Positions 1 through 9,050 of a stretch of 48,572 nt of DNA are shown here, piece by piece (within the stretch, counting starts at the first letter, position 1; each line of letters opens with the position of its first letter). The DNA lies in the NCBI GenBank assembly GCA_016198705.1, contig JACQIA010000013.1, forward strand, positions 1-48,572, given 5' to 3'. A program made the translations under genes and the position numbers. A model generated the notes under the pieces. It was not told where the DNA came from. It was given only the letters and a program-made list of their open reading frames with translations, and did no database searches. The stretch is from Candidatus Aenigmatarchaeota archaeon. GTDB taxonomy: Archaea > Aenigmatarchaeota > Aenigmatarchaeia > CG10238-14 > SCSR01.

Positions 1-3000
1 ACATCAATCAATTCAACAGCAAGGTTCTATGAATTTACATTTACTGTATTGCCTGCTGGAGATTATCAAGTTAAAGGATTTGCTAATGATACGAGCAATG
101 CTGTAGCTAATACTGCATTCCAGAGTTACAGTATAAGTAAAAACACTTCTCTATCATTAACTTTAACAATTGATGGCACTGCTGGAGATGTCACAAAGAC
201 TTATCCGAATAATGTAGTTACGGTAGCATGCAGTGAAACCAACAATGGGGATACTGATGCAAGCTATGTTTGCAGTAGGGATAATGCAACATCGTTGGGA
301 ACAGGTTCGTCTGTATCTGTCGTTCAAGATTTGACAGCATCAGCCACAGCATACAGTTTCCAGTATAATATCACTCAGTCGACATTGCAGAATTATACGG
401 CACCTGTTAGTTTGACAAGGCAATTGACGGTTAACAAAGGAATATTGAATGATACTGGGTTGAATGCATCGCAGACTGTTACATATGAAACACAATCAAC
501 TGTTACTAGCGGTATAGCATCAACAACATTCAAGGGTGATGATGATGTCACGTATCAGTTGTGGAGAGGGAATAGTTTAGTTGATAACACATTACCATTA
601 TCGGAAGCACTAGTTCTTGGACAAGGAACTAATAATTACAAAGTAAACACAACTGTTGGTGCATTTACCAATTGGACTGCAAATGCTTCGATTAACACTA
701 CAACTGTTACTGTAAATGCAAAGACTGTGCAGGTGAGCTTGAATGGAATCAACAATATCACTTATCCGAATACTAATGTTACAATCAATTGCGGTGCTGC
801 TACTATTGCCAGCACAGCCAATACATGTGTACTGTTAAGAAATGGAACCGATGTAACATCAGCAAGTAATAATACTGTAATGGATCTGGCTGCTGGGCTT
901 TGGAATATCACAGTAACTGGCACTGCTGGTTCTGGCAATTATTCTGCAAATACAACTGGACTAACTTCATTCTTCAATATTGCCAAGAATACTACACGAG
1001 TTACACTATCGATATCGCCTTCATCACCAGTAACATATCTAACATCAACGACTGCTACAGGTAGTGAAGCAAACAAGGGTGATTCAGATGTTACCTACAG
1101 GCTGTACAGAGAATCAGGAAATGATACTGGAGCTGCATCTGAGACTATAACACTTGGTGCTGGGACACATCTGTATAGATTTAATGCCACTAGTGGAAGC
1201 AACTGGAGCGTGAATGCTACTGGTGAAACACTAACGTTGACAGTGAATCAAGGTGCTTCTGACATAGCTTTGTATTTGAATGGTACAAGAGCAGACAAAA
1301 CTTATGCCCAGTACCAATTTGCAAATTTCACTGCACAATTATTAAATGCAACTGGCAAAACTATATCCTTAACTTCGAACATGACAGGCTTCGGAATTCT
1401 ATCAGGAAGCAGTTCAATAATTCTTAACACAACAAACCTCACCCAGAATGGGACTTTCAACATGACCGCTTATTGGAGCGGGGATGCGAATTTCACCTCG
1501 GATAGCGAAACATGGTATGCAACATCATCCCCACTCACATTAACAGCATCTTTAAACAGCTTATCACCGACTTCGATAAACCAAGCAGAAACATCTACCG
1601 CTAAAGCAGGCTGCTCGGTTACTGGAAACAGTATAACCAATGTATACATTGAACTGCAGGCAGATGGAGCGCCAATACAAACCACAGCCGGAGGCAATCT
1701 GCGCGTAAATGGGAGTAATGCCGTATCTGCAGGTTCGTTGGCCGATGGAGGGGTGGTTAACGCAACGTGGACAATAACAGGAAATAATGCTGGGAGCTAT
1801 TCTATAAGAACTAAATGCAATTCAACAGAAGCAGGCGATGCAAACTCTGGAACAAGTACTTTAACTGTAGTAGATGTCACATTGCCAAGCGCTTCCAATG
1901 CATTGAATTCCACACCATCAACCTACAATCCTAATGTCAAATCTCATTTCAATATCACTTGGACAGATGATGTTGGGATTAGCAAAGTATTCTTAGAAAG
2001 CAACTATACTGGAACGGCGAGAAATTACACCATGAACAGAATACCGTCAACAAATGTTTATAACTATAACGAAACGCTGCCTGCAGGGGGCTTCTATTGG
2101 AAATCTTATGCAAATGATACAGCCAACAATATGGTAGCAAGCAGCACAATTACTTTTATAATAAGCAAAGACATGCCAATGATTGTTCCAGTATTTAACA
2201 ATAGAACCGAACGACACGGAGAGGAATTTAACGCGAGCAATACAAGCCACAACTTTTACGAATTTGGAGAATCCTTCGACAAAGGAATTATACTTAACCT
2301 TACAGCAAACATAAGCGTATCATCATTAGAATTGAGGTTGTCTGCAAACTACACTGGTGTGAACCAAGACATCGCCACAGGAACTGGCGTGGTAACAAAC
2401 CTTACGGACACCGGCAACCTGCAACTAGGGGTTTACAATGTTACAGCATATTACACAGGAGGCAATTCGAACTATTCGGCTGTTAGCAATGCATTCTTCC
2501 TCTTCGTCCATAGTAAATATACAAACCAAACAATAAACTTCACGGCATTTGTTCCAACATTCGTAAATGCTTCAGTAGCGAACGTAACATTCAGCTTTGT
2601 CACAAACTCAACTATAACTTTGGCAGGTGTAAATACTACCATCGAAAAGGTAAATCCGGTTCATACAGAGATACCACATGTTGCTATTGGAAGGTATGTT
2701 TTATTGAATGCGTCAGAAGATCTAAGAAATACATTATCCTACTATATATTCAATATTTCTTATTTAGAGTCAGAGGTGCCTGCAGATGTGGATGAAAGCA
2801 CTTTGAGACTGTATTTCTTTAATGGGACAGGTTGGATGAGATTTGCTTCGGCGGGCGATGGTGTTGATACAGCTAACAATGTTGTGTATGGAAACATCAC
2901 TCACTTCAGTGAATTTGGCGTAGGTGGTCTGAAAGCTACGGGGCAATCCTGCACTGCTGGTTCAGACTGTGCTACTGGAATTTGTTGCTCTAGTATTTGC

Positions 3001-4131
3001 TCTGCTAGTTGTGGTGCAACGACTACAACAACTCCTCCTTCAACAGGCGGTGGAGGAACTACTCCAATTTCTCCAGGAGGCCCAGTAATTATCTTACCTA
3101 AAGGAATAATATCAGTCGCCAAAACTCCTATACTGGTAAGTGTTGGCACTGGGGACAGTAACATTGTAAATATAAAAATCAAAAATACAGGTACCACCAC
3201 GTTGCACAACTTAAGATTGAGTGCTCTTGGTGAAGCAAACAGTTGGATTAGTGTTTCTCCAGAAAGGGTTAACTTACTTACAAATGAAGCTGCAACCTTT
3301 ACATTAGCAATCAGCATTCCTGCAACAGTCACATCCCAAGATTATCAAGTTGAAATGGATATCAATAGTGATGAAATAAACGATAAGTCAACATTCATTC
3401 TACGAGTTGTTAGCTTTTCATCACATCAAGAAAGACCATTGATAACCAGAACTGCGGAGATAGATCTGGAGGCAGTAGAAACTGCAGTGACTATAAAAAT
3501 AATAAATCCAACTAGAAGCTATGCTGTTGTACAGATTACAGAAGCTATAGATAAACAGATAGCCAAAAGTGCAGATGACATAAACTTCATAACCAAACCT
3601 ACAAGTATTCTGGAAAAAGATCCGCAAGTATTATGGAATGTAAAAGACATAAAAGCGGGGGAGACTAGGACAATATTTTACACCGCTTCTAAAATACCAA
3701 GTTTTTCAGAATTGGTGTTCTGGCCATTCGATGAAATAACTTTGATAAAGGAGAGATTTCCGAAAGGGATGAAGGTTGTGCGGGTTTTGACGCCAACGAT
3801 GTATGGAAACAAAGATATATTGAAAATTACTGTGCAAAATGAAGATGTAGATTCGCATACACTTAAAATTATGCCAGAATTTCCAGAAGATTGGACTGTA
3901 GAGCCGAAAGATATTGAAGAGGTGTTGCCAAGTAAGAAACAGAAAGAGTATACTTTGACGCTGGATTCTAGTAGAGCTAAACTTGGAAGTTACATAATAC
4001 AAATAACATTTGTTTGGGATGGTGCAGAAATTATCAAGGAGTATTCAATAACCAATAAATCTATTTTTGACAGAATAGTTGATCTTATAGTGTCTTTGGG
4101 GAACTATTTGAAACAATTGTTAGGCTTGTAA
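1..4131 (+). CDS. Large surface/S-layer-like glycoprotein with Ig-like repeats, Cys-rich knot and NEW3/CARDB-like C-terminal domains (5'-truncated)
   Basis: The frame is open from base 1, so the TTG at 49 is not the true start. Thr/Ser/Asn-rich with >30 N-x-S/T sequons. Repeated GD(T/D/S)D(A/V)(S/T)Y units, a THFSEF motif, a Cys cluster, a TTTTTPPSTGGGG linker, and IKNTGTTTLHNL-type Ig/NEW3 motifs. Confidence 0.75.
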   Translation, partial: TSINSTARFYEFTFTVLPAGDYQVKGFANDTSNAVANTAFQSYSISKNTSLSLTLTIDGTAGDVTKTYPNNVVTVACSETNNGDTDASYVCSRDNATSLGTGSSVSVVQDLTASATAYSFQYNITQSTLQNYTAPVSLTRQLTVNKGILNDTGLNASQTVTYETQSTVTSGIASTTFKGDDDVTYQLWRGNSLVDNTLPLSEALVLGQGTNNYKVNTTVGAFTNWTANASINTTTVTVNAKTVQVSLNGINNITYPNTNVTINCGAATIASTANTCVLLRNGTDVTSASNNTVMDLAAGLWNITVTGTAGSGNYSANTTGLTSFFNIAKNTTRVTLSISPSSPVTYLTSTTATGSEANKGDSDVTYRLYRESGNDTGAASETITLGAGTHLYRFNATSGSNWSVNATGETLTLTVNQGASDIALYLNGTRADKTYAQYQFANFTAQLLNATGKTISLTSNMTGFGILSGSSSIILNTTNLTQNGTFNMTAYWSGDANFTSDSETWYATSSPLTLTASLNSLSPTSINQAETSTAKAGCSVTGNSITNVYIELQADGAPIQTTAGGNLRVNGSNAVSAGSLADGGVVNATWTITGNNAGSYSIRTKCNSTEAGDANSGTSTLTVVDVTLPSASNALNSTPSTYNPNVKSHFNITWTDDVGISKVFLESNYTGTARNYTMNRIPSTNVYNYNETLPAGGFYWKSYANDTANNMVASSTITFIISKDMPMIVPVFNNRTERHGEEFNASNTSHNFYEFGESFDKGIILNLTANISVSSLELRLSANYTGVNQDIATGTGVVTNLTDTGNLQLGVYNVTAYYTGGNSNYSAVSNAFFLFVHSKYTNQTINFTAFVPTFVNASVANVTFSFVTNSTITLAGVNTTIEKVNPVHTEIPHVAIGRYVLLNASEDLRNTLSYYIFNISYLESEVPADVDESTLRLYFFNGTGWMRFASAGDGVDTANNVVYGNITHFSEFGVGGLKATGQSCTAGSDCATGICCSSICSASCGATTTTTPPSTGGGGTTPISPGGPVIILPKGIISVAKTPILVSVGTGDSNIVNIKIKNTGTTTLHNLRLSALGEANSWISVSPERVNLLTNEAATFTLAISIPATVTSQDYQVEMDINSDEINDKSTFILRVVSFSSHQERPLITRTAEIDLEAVETAVTIKIINPTRSYAVVQITEAIDKQIAKSADDINFITKPTSILEKDPQVLWNVKDIKAGETRTIFYTASKIPSFSELVFWPFDEITLIKERFPKGMKVVRVLTPTMYGNKDILKITVQNEDVDSHTLKIMPEFPEDWTVEPKDIEEVLPSKKQKEYTLTLDSSRAKLGSYIIQITFVWDGAEIIKEYSITNKSIFDRIVDLIVSLGNYLKQLLGL

Positions 4132-4138
4132 ATAAAAG

Positions 4139-5446
4139 ATGGTTTATATTCGCTGCATAAATGTGAAAATAACAAATAGTATTTTTCTACTAGTTTTTTT
4201 ACTGAGTTTATCATTAACAGAAGCTCAGGAGACACAACGAGGAGTAATCTATACTCTGACTGCTTCTCCTCATGAGCCTATAGTGTTCGAGGACTTAGCA
4301 CTATCGATGGGTGTGAATAATCCTGATACTAACACACAAAATTACAAGTTGAAATTGATAATAACAAAAGGAGGGCAGGTAAAGCACCAAGAAGAATTTA
4401 CATTCAGTCTTAAACCTGGCAATGGTATAACCTTTTCCCCTACATATGTTCCTGATGACATAGGTGATTTTGAAATTATAGCCAAACTTTATGATTCACT
4501 AGAAGTTGAACTAAGAGATCTCAAAGTTATTACAGTAAGCGTAATCAGTGAAATAGGACCGTTTGATTTGGATGTTGATGTGGCTTCAAATGTTATCAGG
4601 CCTGCCACAAAGGTGCCTGTCATCTTAAGTCTAGCGAATATGGGGGATAAAGCTACGGATGTGCAAGTAAAGCTTGAGATGCCATGCGAAAATCAACCGC
4701 CCATAACCCAAGATTTCTTTATTTTCCTGTGGGCAGGAGCTGTGGTAGACAGAACTATTGCAATGGATACTTGCAATGAAGTTGGCCTGCATGAAATTTT
4801 GGCTTCGATAATACTTTTTAACAAAACATGGATTTCTTCGCTAGACCAATTTTTCATAAATGAAACTTTCATAGAATTGTTGTTTGATTTGCCTGAAGTT
4901 ATACAAGTCAAGGCTGGACAGTCAAAAATTATCGACTTAACTGTTAAGAATACAGGGAATATAATAATAAGAAATTTGAAACTGCTTATACCTAGAATTC
5001 CTCCACAATGGGTAAAAATTACTCCCAACAATATAATAGAGACTGAACCGGAAGAAACGGTGCTATTTTTGATAAACATCACCATCCCTTCAAATATAAC
5101 TTCTTCAAAGTTTCCTATAGGAATTTCTGCTGCGGCAGATGAAACGCTTACGAGAAAAGAGGCTACGTTCGAAGTGCTTGCCTTAGAAGGAAAAGTGACC
5201 ACAGAAATTTCACCGGTTGTAGAGGAAAAACCTAAACCAGAATTTCCTAAATTACAATTACCAGAAATACCTCCTTCTGCAATCTTAATTGGTGGTGGAA
5301 TAATCTCTTTTGTTGCAATCGGTATAAGATTAAGAAAACATATGAAGGCTAGGTCACAGGTGGTAAAACCAGTACCTCAGGAAAGGGCTGTTATTTTATC
5401 CAAACTAAAAACTACTATTGAGAAGAAACGTAAAAATAGACAGTAA
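4139..5446 (+). CDS. Membrane-anchored surface protein with Ig-like (CARDB/NEW3-like) domains
   Basis: N-terminal hydrophobic signal (IFLLVFLLSLSLTEA), VKNTGNIIIRNL motif, Pro-rich stalk, C-terminal TM helix (AILIGGGIISFVAIGI) and a basic tail. Confidence 0.7.
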   Translation: MVYIRCINVKITNSIFLLVFLLSLSLTEAQETQRGVIYTLTASPHEPIVFEDLALSMGVNNPDTNTQNYKLKLIITKGGQVKHQEEFTFSLKPGNGITFSPTYVPDDIGDFEIIAKLYDSLEVELRDLKVITVSVISEIGPFDLDVDVASNVIRPATKVPVILSLANMGDKATDVQVKLEMPCENQPPITQDFFIFLWAGAVVDRTIAMDTCNEVGLHEILASIILFNKTWISSLDQFFINETFIELLFDLPEVIQVKAGQSKIIDLTVKNTGNIIIRNLKLLIPRIPPQWVKITPNNIIETEPEETVLFLINITIPSNITSSKFPIGISAAADETLTRKEATFEVLALEGKVTTEISPVVEEKPKPEFPKLQLPEIPPSAILIGGGIISFVAIGIRLRKHMKARSQVVKPVPQERAVILSKLKTTIEKKRKNRQ

Positions 5447-5487
5447 TTAGTTTTTATTGTTTCAAAAACTAAATAAATTTAGTAGAT

Positions 5488-6426
5488 ATGGCTAAAGTTA
5501 TAGGAATCCTGTCTGGTAAAGGCGGCGTAGGAAAGACTACACTGGTTTCAAATCTTGCAGCATCTTTGACGAAAAATTTCAATAAAAATGTTCTAGTTTT
5601 TGATACCAACATAAATACATCCCATTTGGGATTGCATTTGGGAATGTACGAAGATTTGCCAGTCACCTTAAGGGAGGTTTTGAGAAGAAAGACGTCGATA
5701 ATGCACGCTGTGTATACACATCCAAATACAGGAATAAGACTAGTGCCAGCTCCGTTGAGCGGTGATGGCATTAATCTAACAAAAGAAAAATGCTGCAGGT
5801 TGGTTAATCAGCTAAAAAATAGCTATGATATGGTGATTCTTGATTGTCCCCCTGGGTTAGGCAAGGAAACAATAGTTGCTATATCTGCGATTGATGAGGC
5901 TATTATCATAACAACTCCAGATATACCAGCTGTGACGGATGCATTGAAGACAGTTGAAATACTGAACAGGATTGGAAAGAAGACATTGGGAATTGTCGTA
6001 AACAGGAGTAGGAATGAAAAATACGAACTCCAACCTCAAGAAATAAGTTCTACTTGCAAATGCGATGTGATTGCAACAATACCAGAAGACAGAAAAATTC
6101 TAAGATCCATATCAAAGGGTATGCCGGCTGTTCTTTTGTATCCACATTCACCTGCTAGCAATTCTGTGAAGAAATTGGCAGCTAAACTTCTGGGAAAAAG
6201 TTATAAAGAACCATCGTTTTTTGATAAATTGAAGCGCTTATTAGGCAGGAATGAGGAAGGTGATACAAAAATTGTTATCAAAGAACAAGAGCAAGCAGTA
6301 TCTAAAGAGGCAGAAATCAGAGATGTGAAGAAATTGAAGGAAGGTCTGACGAAAGAGGTTAAAGAAGAGCTCAAGAGAGAGATTGTGGAAATGGTAAAGA
6401 AGAAACTGAAAGAAAAGGTTGTATGA
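5488..6426 (+). CDS. minD: MinD/ParA-family ATPase (archaeal MinD) with C-terminal coiled-coil extension
   Basis: Deviant Walker A SGKGGVGKTT, DCPPG Walker B region, IVVNR, IPED and SFFDKLKRLLG amphipathic-like helix. Confidence 0.85.
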   Translation: MAKVIGILSGKGGVGKTTLVSNLAASLTKNFNKNVLVFDTNINTSHLGLHLGMYEDLPVTLREVLRRKTSIMHAVYTHPNTGIRLVPAPLSGDGINLTKEKCCRLVNQLKNSYDMVILDCPPGLGKETIVAISAIDEAIIITTPDIPAVTDALKTVEILNRIGKKTLGIVVNRSRNEKYELQPQEISSTCKCDVIATIPEDRKILRSISKGMPAVLLYPHSPASNSVKKLAAKLLGKSYKEPSFFDKLKRLLGRNEEGDTKIVIKEQEQAVSKEAEIRDVKKLKEGLTKEVKEELKREIVEMVKKKLKEKVV

Positions 6427-6803
6427 TGACTAAGACTGAAGAATTGGGTATAGACGAAAAATTTATTGATAGTATAGTTGACGAAGTTTTAAGATCGAAA
6501 GATCTAGGTGTGCAGGAAATATCGGAAGGATATGTGAGTGATCCGAATTTAAAAAAGGAGATTTCAAAATTAAAAGCAAAAATTGTTGCCCTAGAGAACA
6601 AGTTAGGAAATTATGCCAACAATTATAAGATAAGTACTGTAGAAATCGATAGGCAAATGACTGAACAACGTGAAGATTTGGTCAATGAACTGGAAAAGCA
6701 AGTGGTAGAGTTACGCGGGCAGATAGAAGATTTAAGAACGGCAATGGTGAGATTAGGCAGTGAAGTAAGACGCATAAAAGATAGTTTTTCCCCTTCTAGG
6801 TAA
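6423..6803 (+). CDS. Coiled-coil hypothetical protein coupled to minD
   Basis: ATGA overlap with the minD stop; heptad-rich E/K/L sequence. Confidence 0.7.
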   Translation: MMTKTEELGIDEKFIDSIVDEVLRSKDLGVQEISEGYVSDPNLKKEISKLKAKIVALENKLGNYANNYKISTVEIDRQMTEQREDLVNELEKQVVELRGQIEDLRTAMVRLGSEVRRIKDSFSPSR

Positions 6804-6816
6804 AATTATTCATCAT

Positions 6817-6830
6817 AAAAGAAATATAAA
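6817..6830 (+). promoter_or_regulatory. BRE/TATA-like promoter for the zinc-finger microprotein
   Basis: AAAAGAAATATAAA, with TATAAA at 6825-6830 about 25 nt upstream of ATG 6853 (leaderless spacing). Confidence 0.45.
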
Positions 6831-6852
6831 CATTTAATGCGATTGTTAATTA

Positions 6853-7014
6853 ATGAACTGCTATATCTGTAATTTAACTACAAATAGAAAATGTGAAAAA
6901 TGTAAGAAAGATACGTGTGACTTGCACTTATTAAAGAGAAGGAAACTTATATTTTTTACGCAGAAATATTGTCAGCATTGCTTCTATGACACTGCAAAGA
7001 AGTCTGTGTTTTAA
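6853..7014 (+). CDS. 53-aa B-box-like zinc-finger microprotein (not in ORF track)
   Basis: Manual translation: MNCYICNLTTNRKCEKCKKDTCDLHLLKRRKLIFFTQKYCQHCFYDTAKKSVF. Eight ligands (CxxC, CxxC, CxxH, CxxC). A diverged copy of its 3' end at 7394-7444 differs mostly by synonymous changes. Confidence 0.8.
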   Translation: MNCYICNLTTNRKCEKCKKDTCDLHLLKRRKLIFFTQKYCQHCFYDTAKKSVF

Positions 7015-7035
7015 AAAATTGTAAAATTGTTGACC

Positions 7036-7113
7036 ATGGAAATACCTTATTATAAGCAGTCGACTATTTTTACTTGTGCACTAGCATGTTTGAGAAAAGG
7101 TGAAAGGAAATGA
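7036..7113 (+). pseudogene. Truncated N-terminal fragment of a C39-like cysteine peptidase
   Basis: MEIPYYKQSTIFTCALACLRKGERK*. Resembles the PYYxQxTxFTCGPACLxM start of C39-family peptidases but ends after 25 aa. Confidence 0.55.
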
Positions 7114-7383
7114 AAACAAAAGAAGAGATAGAAGAAAAGGCTGTTAATTATATAACTGCGTATGGTGGGAATATGCTCACAGCGGGACCTACTTTTTTGA
7201 TGGGAAAAAAATGTGTGGATTGTGCCTATCTTCTACGGTCCCTTATTTGATGAGCTTCCGTTAGACGAGATGGAATTTAATGAAGAAGGTGATTTGATAT
7301 ACGCTCCTTCTAGGCAAAAATTGTCAGAACTAATAAGACTCAGATTTAATAATACAAAAAGGTTGAGGCTGAGTTGTAATTAA
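7110..7383 (+). pseudogene. Frameshifted hypothetical protein
   Basis: GGTGA RBS-like motif, then MKTKEEIEEKAVNYITAYGGNMLTAGPTF. Across the T6/A7 runs (7193-7211) a protein-like sequence continues in another frame: KNVWIVPIFYGPLFDELPLDEMEFNEEGDLIYAPSRQKLSELIRLRF...* (stop 7381-7383). Confidence 0.55.
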
Positions 7384-7440
7384 AAGGTAAGAAAAATATT
7401 GCCAGCACTGCTTTTACGATACTGCGAAGCAGTCTTTATT

Positions 7441-8127
7441 TTAGAATTCAATAAATTTTGCTACTTTATTCGATCTTTTAATTGTTACAATATCTTTAGG
7501 ATTTAGGCTTATCAATTTTTCATCATTATCAGCAGCAAGCCATGCATTATCTCTAATAATTCTAATTTTTATCCTTGCATTCTCAGTGGCAATGAAAGTT
7601 TTAAGTTTTTTGTTATGAAGGTTGTTAAACGAAATGCCTATGCCTCTAGCAAATATTTTGCCGCCGACTGAAGAAAAATATGCTGAAGAGCCGAATGGTG
7701 TTGATATCACTACACCGTCACCAATCAGGGTTTCAAATATTTTGCCATTAACAGATAAAGAAAATCTTACTGCCCGTATAGGAATTTTTGTATGCAACTG
7801 TATTTCATTCAACGCAACCAACTTTTTGCCGTTGACTTCAGCTTCTAGTTTCATTTCTTTCTTGATTTTAAATTTGCCGGATTTGATTTTTGGCAGAATT
7901 GATTTCAAACTCCCAAAAGTGTAATCGCATTTTCTGCATATCTCGGTCTTTTTGATAATCAATTTTGGTATTGATGAATAGCGCCTTTCTGTGAATAGAA
8001 CACTACCGTCTCCGCCGTATACCAAGATAAAATCAGGATTTTTGTTGACGATCGAAAAACCGTACTTCTTCAATAATCTCCTTAATTTCTGTGTGCTGTG
8101 CAAAGAAGATATCAAGACTTTTTCCAT
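7441..8127 (-). CDS. nadK: NAD(+) kinase
   Basis: GGDG, ALNE, GDG and STPFGSSAY motifs. Confidence 0.9.
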   Translation of the reverse strand: MEKVLISSLHSTQKLRRLLKKYGFSIVNKNPDFILVYGGDGSVLFTERRYSSIPKLIIKKTEICRKCDYTFGSLKSILPKIKSGKFKIKKEMKLEAEVNGKKLVALNEIQLHTKIPIRAVRFSLSVNGKIFETLIGDGVVISTPFGSSAYFSSVGGKIFARGIGISFNNLHNKKLKTFIATENARIKIRIIRDNAWLAADNDEKLISLNPKDIVTIKRSNKVAKFIEF

Positions 8128-8164
8128 AGGTTAATTTTATTACTTTAATGAATTAATAAACTAT

Positions 8165-8431
8165 ATGGTTGATGATCTGCTGTTCTTTACTGGAATAGAA
8201 TGTACCCATTGTCATGAAATGGAGCCTTTGGTGCAGAAGTTGGAGAAGGAAGAGGGCGTTAAGTTGAAAAAGTTGGAAGTCTGGCATAATGCAGAAAATG
8301 CAAAGATACTGCAAAGCTTGGATAAAGGGTATTGTGGTGGTATACCTTTTTTCTATAACAAAAAAACTGGTAAGTGGATATGTGGAGCTGTTCCTTATGA
8401 GAGATTGAAATCATGGGCGTTGGGTAAATGA
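8165..8431 (+). CDS. Thioredoxin/glutaredoxin-like protein
   Basis: CTHC active site and GIPFF cis-Pro loop; extra Cys pair (YCGG...WICGA). Confidence 0.85.
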   Translation: MVDDLLFFTGIECTHCHEMEPLVQKLEKEEGVKLKKLEVWHNAENAKILQSLDKGYCGGIPFFYNKKTGKWICGAVPYERLKSWALGK

Positions 8432-8523
8432 AGGTTGATAAGTGTCCTAACTGCAAGGGGAAGTTGAACCATGGATGTTGTGATAATTGCGGGATTTGTG
8501 TTGGCCCGCCACTAAAGTCATAA
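8428..8523 (+). CDS. 31-aa Cys-rich zinc-ribbon microprotein (not in ORF track)
   Basis: MKVDKCPNCKGKLNHGCCDNCGICVGPPLKS; ATGA overlap with the thioredoxin-like stop codon. Confidence 0.7.
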   Translation: MKVDKCPNCKGKLNHGCCDNCGICVGPPLKS

Positions 8524-8530
8524 TTTTATG

Positions 8531-8797
8531 TTAATAATATTTCTCTATTCCGCTTCTAGTATCAATTTTCTCAATCTTAATTAATTTCTTCGCAAAATCT
8601 ACAACAAAAAGTGCTCTATAATCACCTATTCGAACTCTGTAAACATTTTCTCGACCACGCATTTTAGCAATATCTAACAATTGAGGATTTATTGACAGTA
8701 GATCTAATTTTCCCACAACCTTCATTTGTCTATCTCTAGGTATCCTTTTTATATATTTCTTCACAGAATCAGAATAAATTAAAGTAAAACCTTTCAT
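8531..8797 (-). CDS. relE: Type II toxin, RelE/ParE family
   Basis: YRVRIGDYRALF motif; 88 aa, basic; ATGA-type overlap with the upstream antitoxin. Confidence 0.85.
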   Translation of the reverse strand: MKGFTLIYSDSVKKYIKRIPRDRQMKVVGKLDLLSINPQLLDIAKMRGRENVYRVRIGDYRALFVVDFAKKLIKIEKIDTRSGIEKYY

Positions 8798-9006
8798 TTA
8801 ATGCCCAATTCTTTTTTCAACTGCTCTGCGGTAACGTATTTTCCCTTTCTTATTTCTTCTTCAGATTTTTTTATTGCTCTTAAATCAGATTTAGTTAGTA
8901 TTTCAACCGGTACAGCTCTTTCAACTCTGCTTAATCTTTTATCCATTTCTTTGATTTCTTTCAGTAGTTCTTTTATCATGCCTGCTTCCTTAGGTTTGAA
9001 TTTCAT
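8794..9006 (-). CDS. Cognate antitoxin (RelB-like)
   Basis: Directly upstream of relE; C-terminal AIKKSEEEIRKGKYVTAEQLKKELGI is typical of archaeal antitoxins. Start moved to ATG 9006 to avoid overlap with lpdA. Confidence 0.75.
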   Translation of the reverse strand: MKFKPKEAGMIKELLKEIKEMDKRLSRVERAVPVEILTKSDLRAIKKSEEEIRKGKYVTAEQLKKELGIK

Positions 9007-9050
9007 AATTTTAATTGAACTTATTATATATTTAAATTTCTTGTTGAAAA

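Larger units (their letters stand above)
6964..7444 (+). repeat. Diverged 51-bp direct repeat (6964-7014 and 7394-7444) encoding the zinc-finger C-terminus
   Basis: 41/51 nt identical; KYCQHCFYDTAKKSVF* versus KYCQHCFYDTAKQSLF*. Confidence 0.85.
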
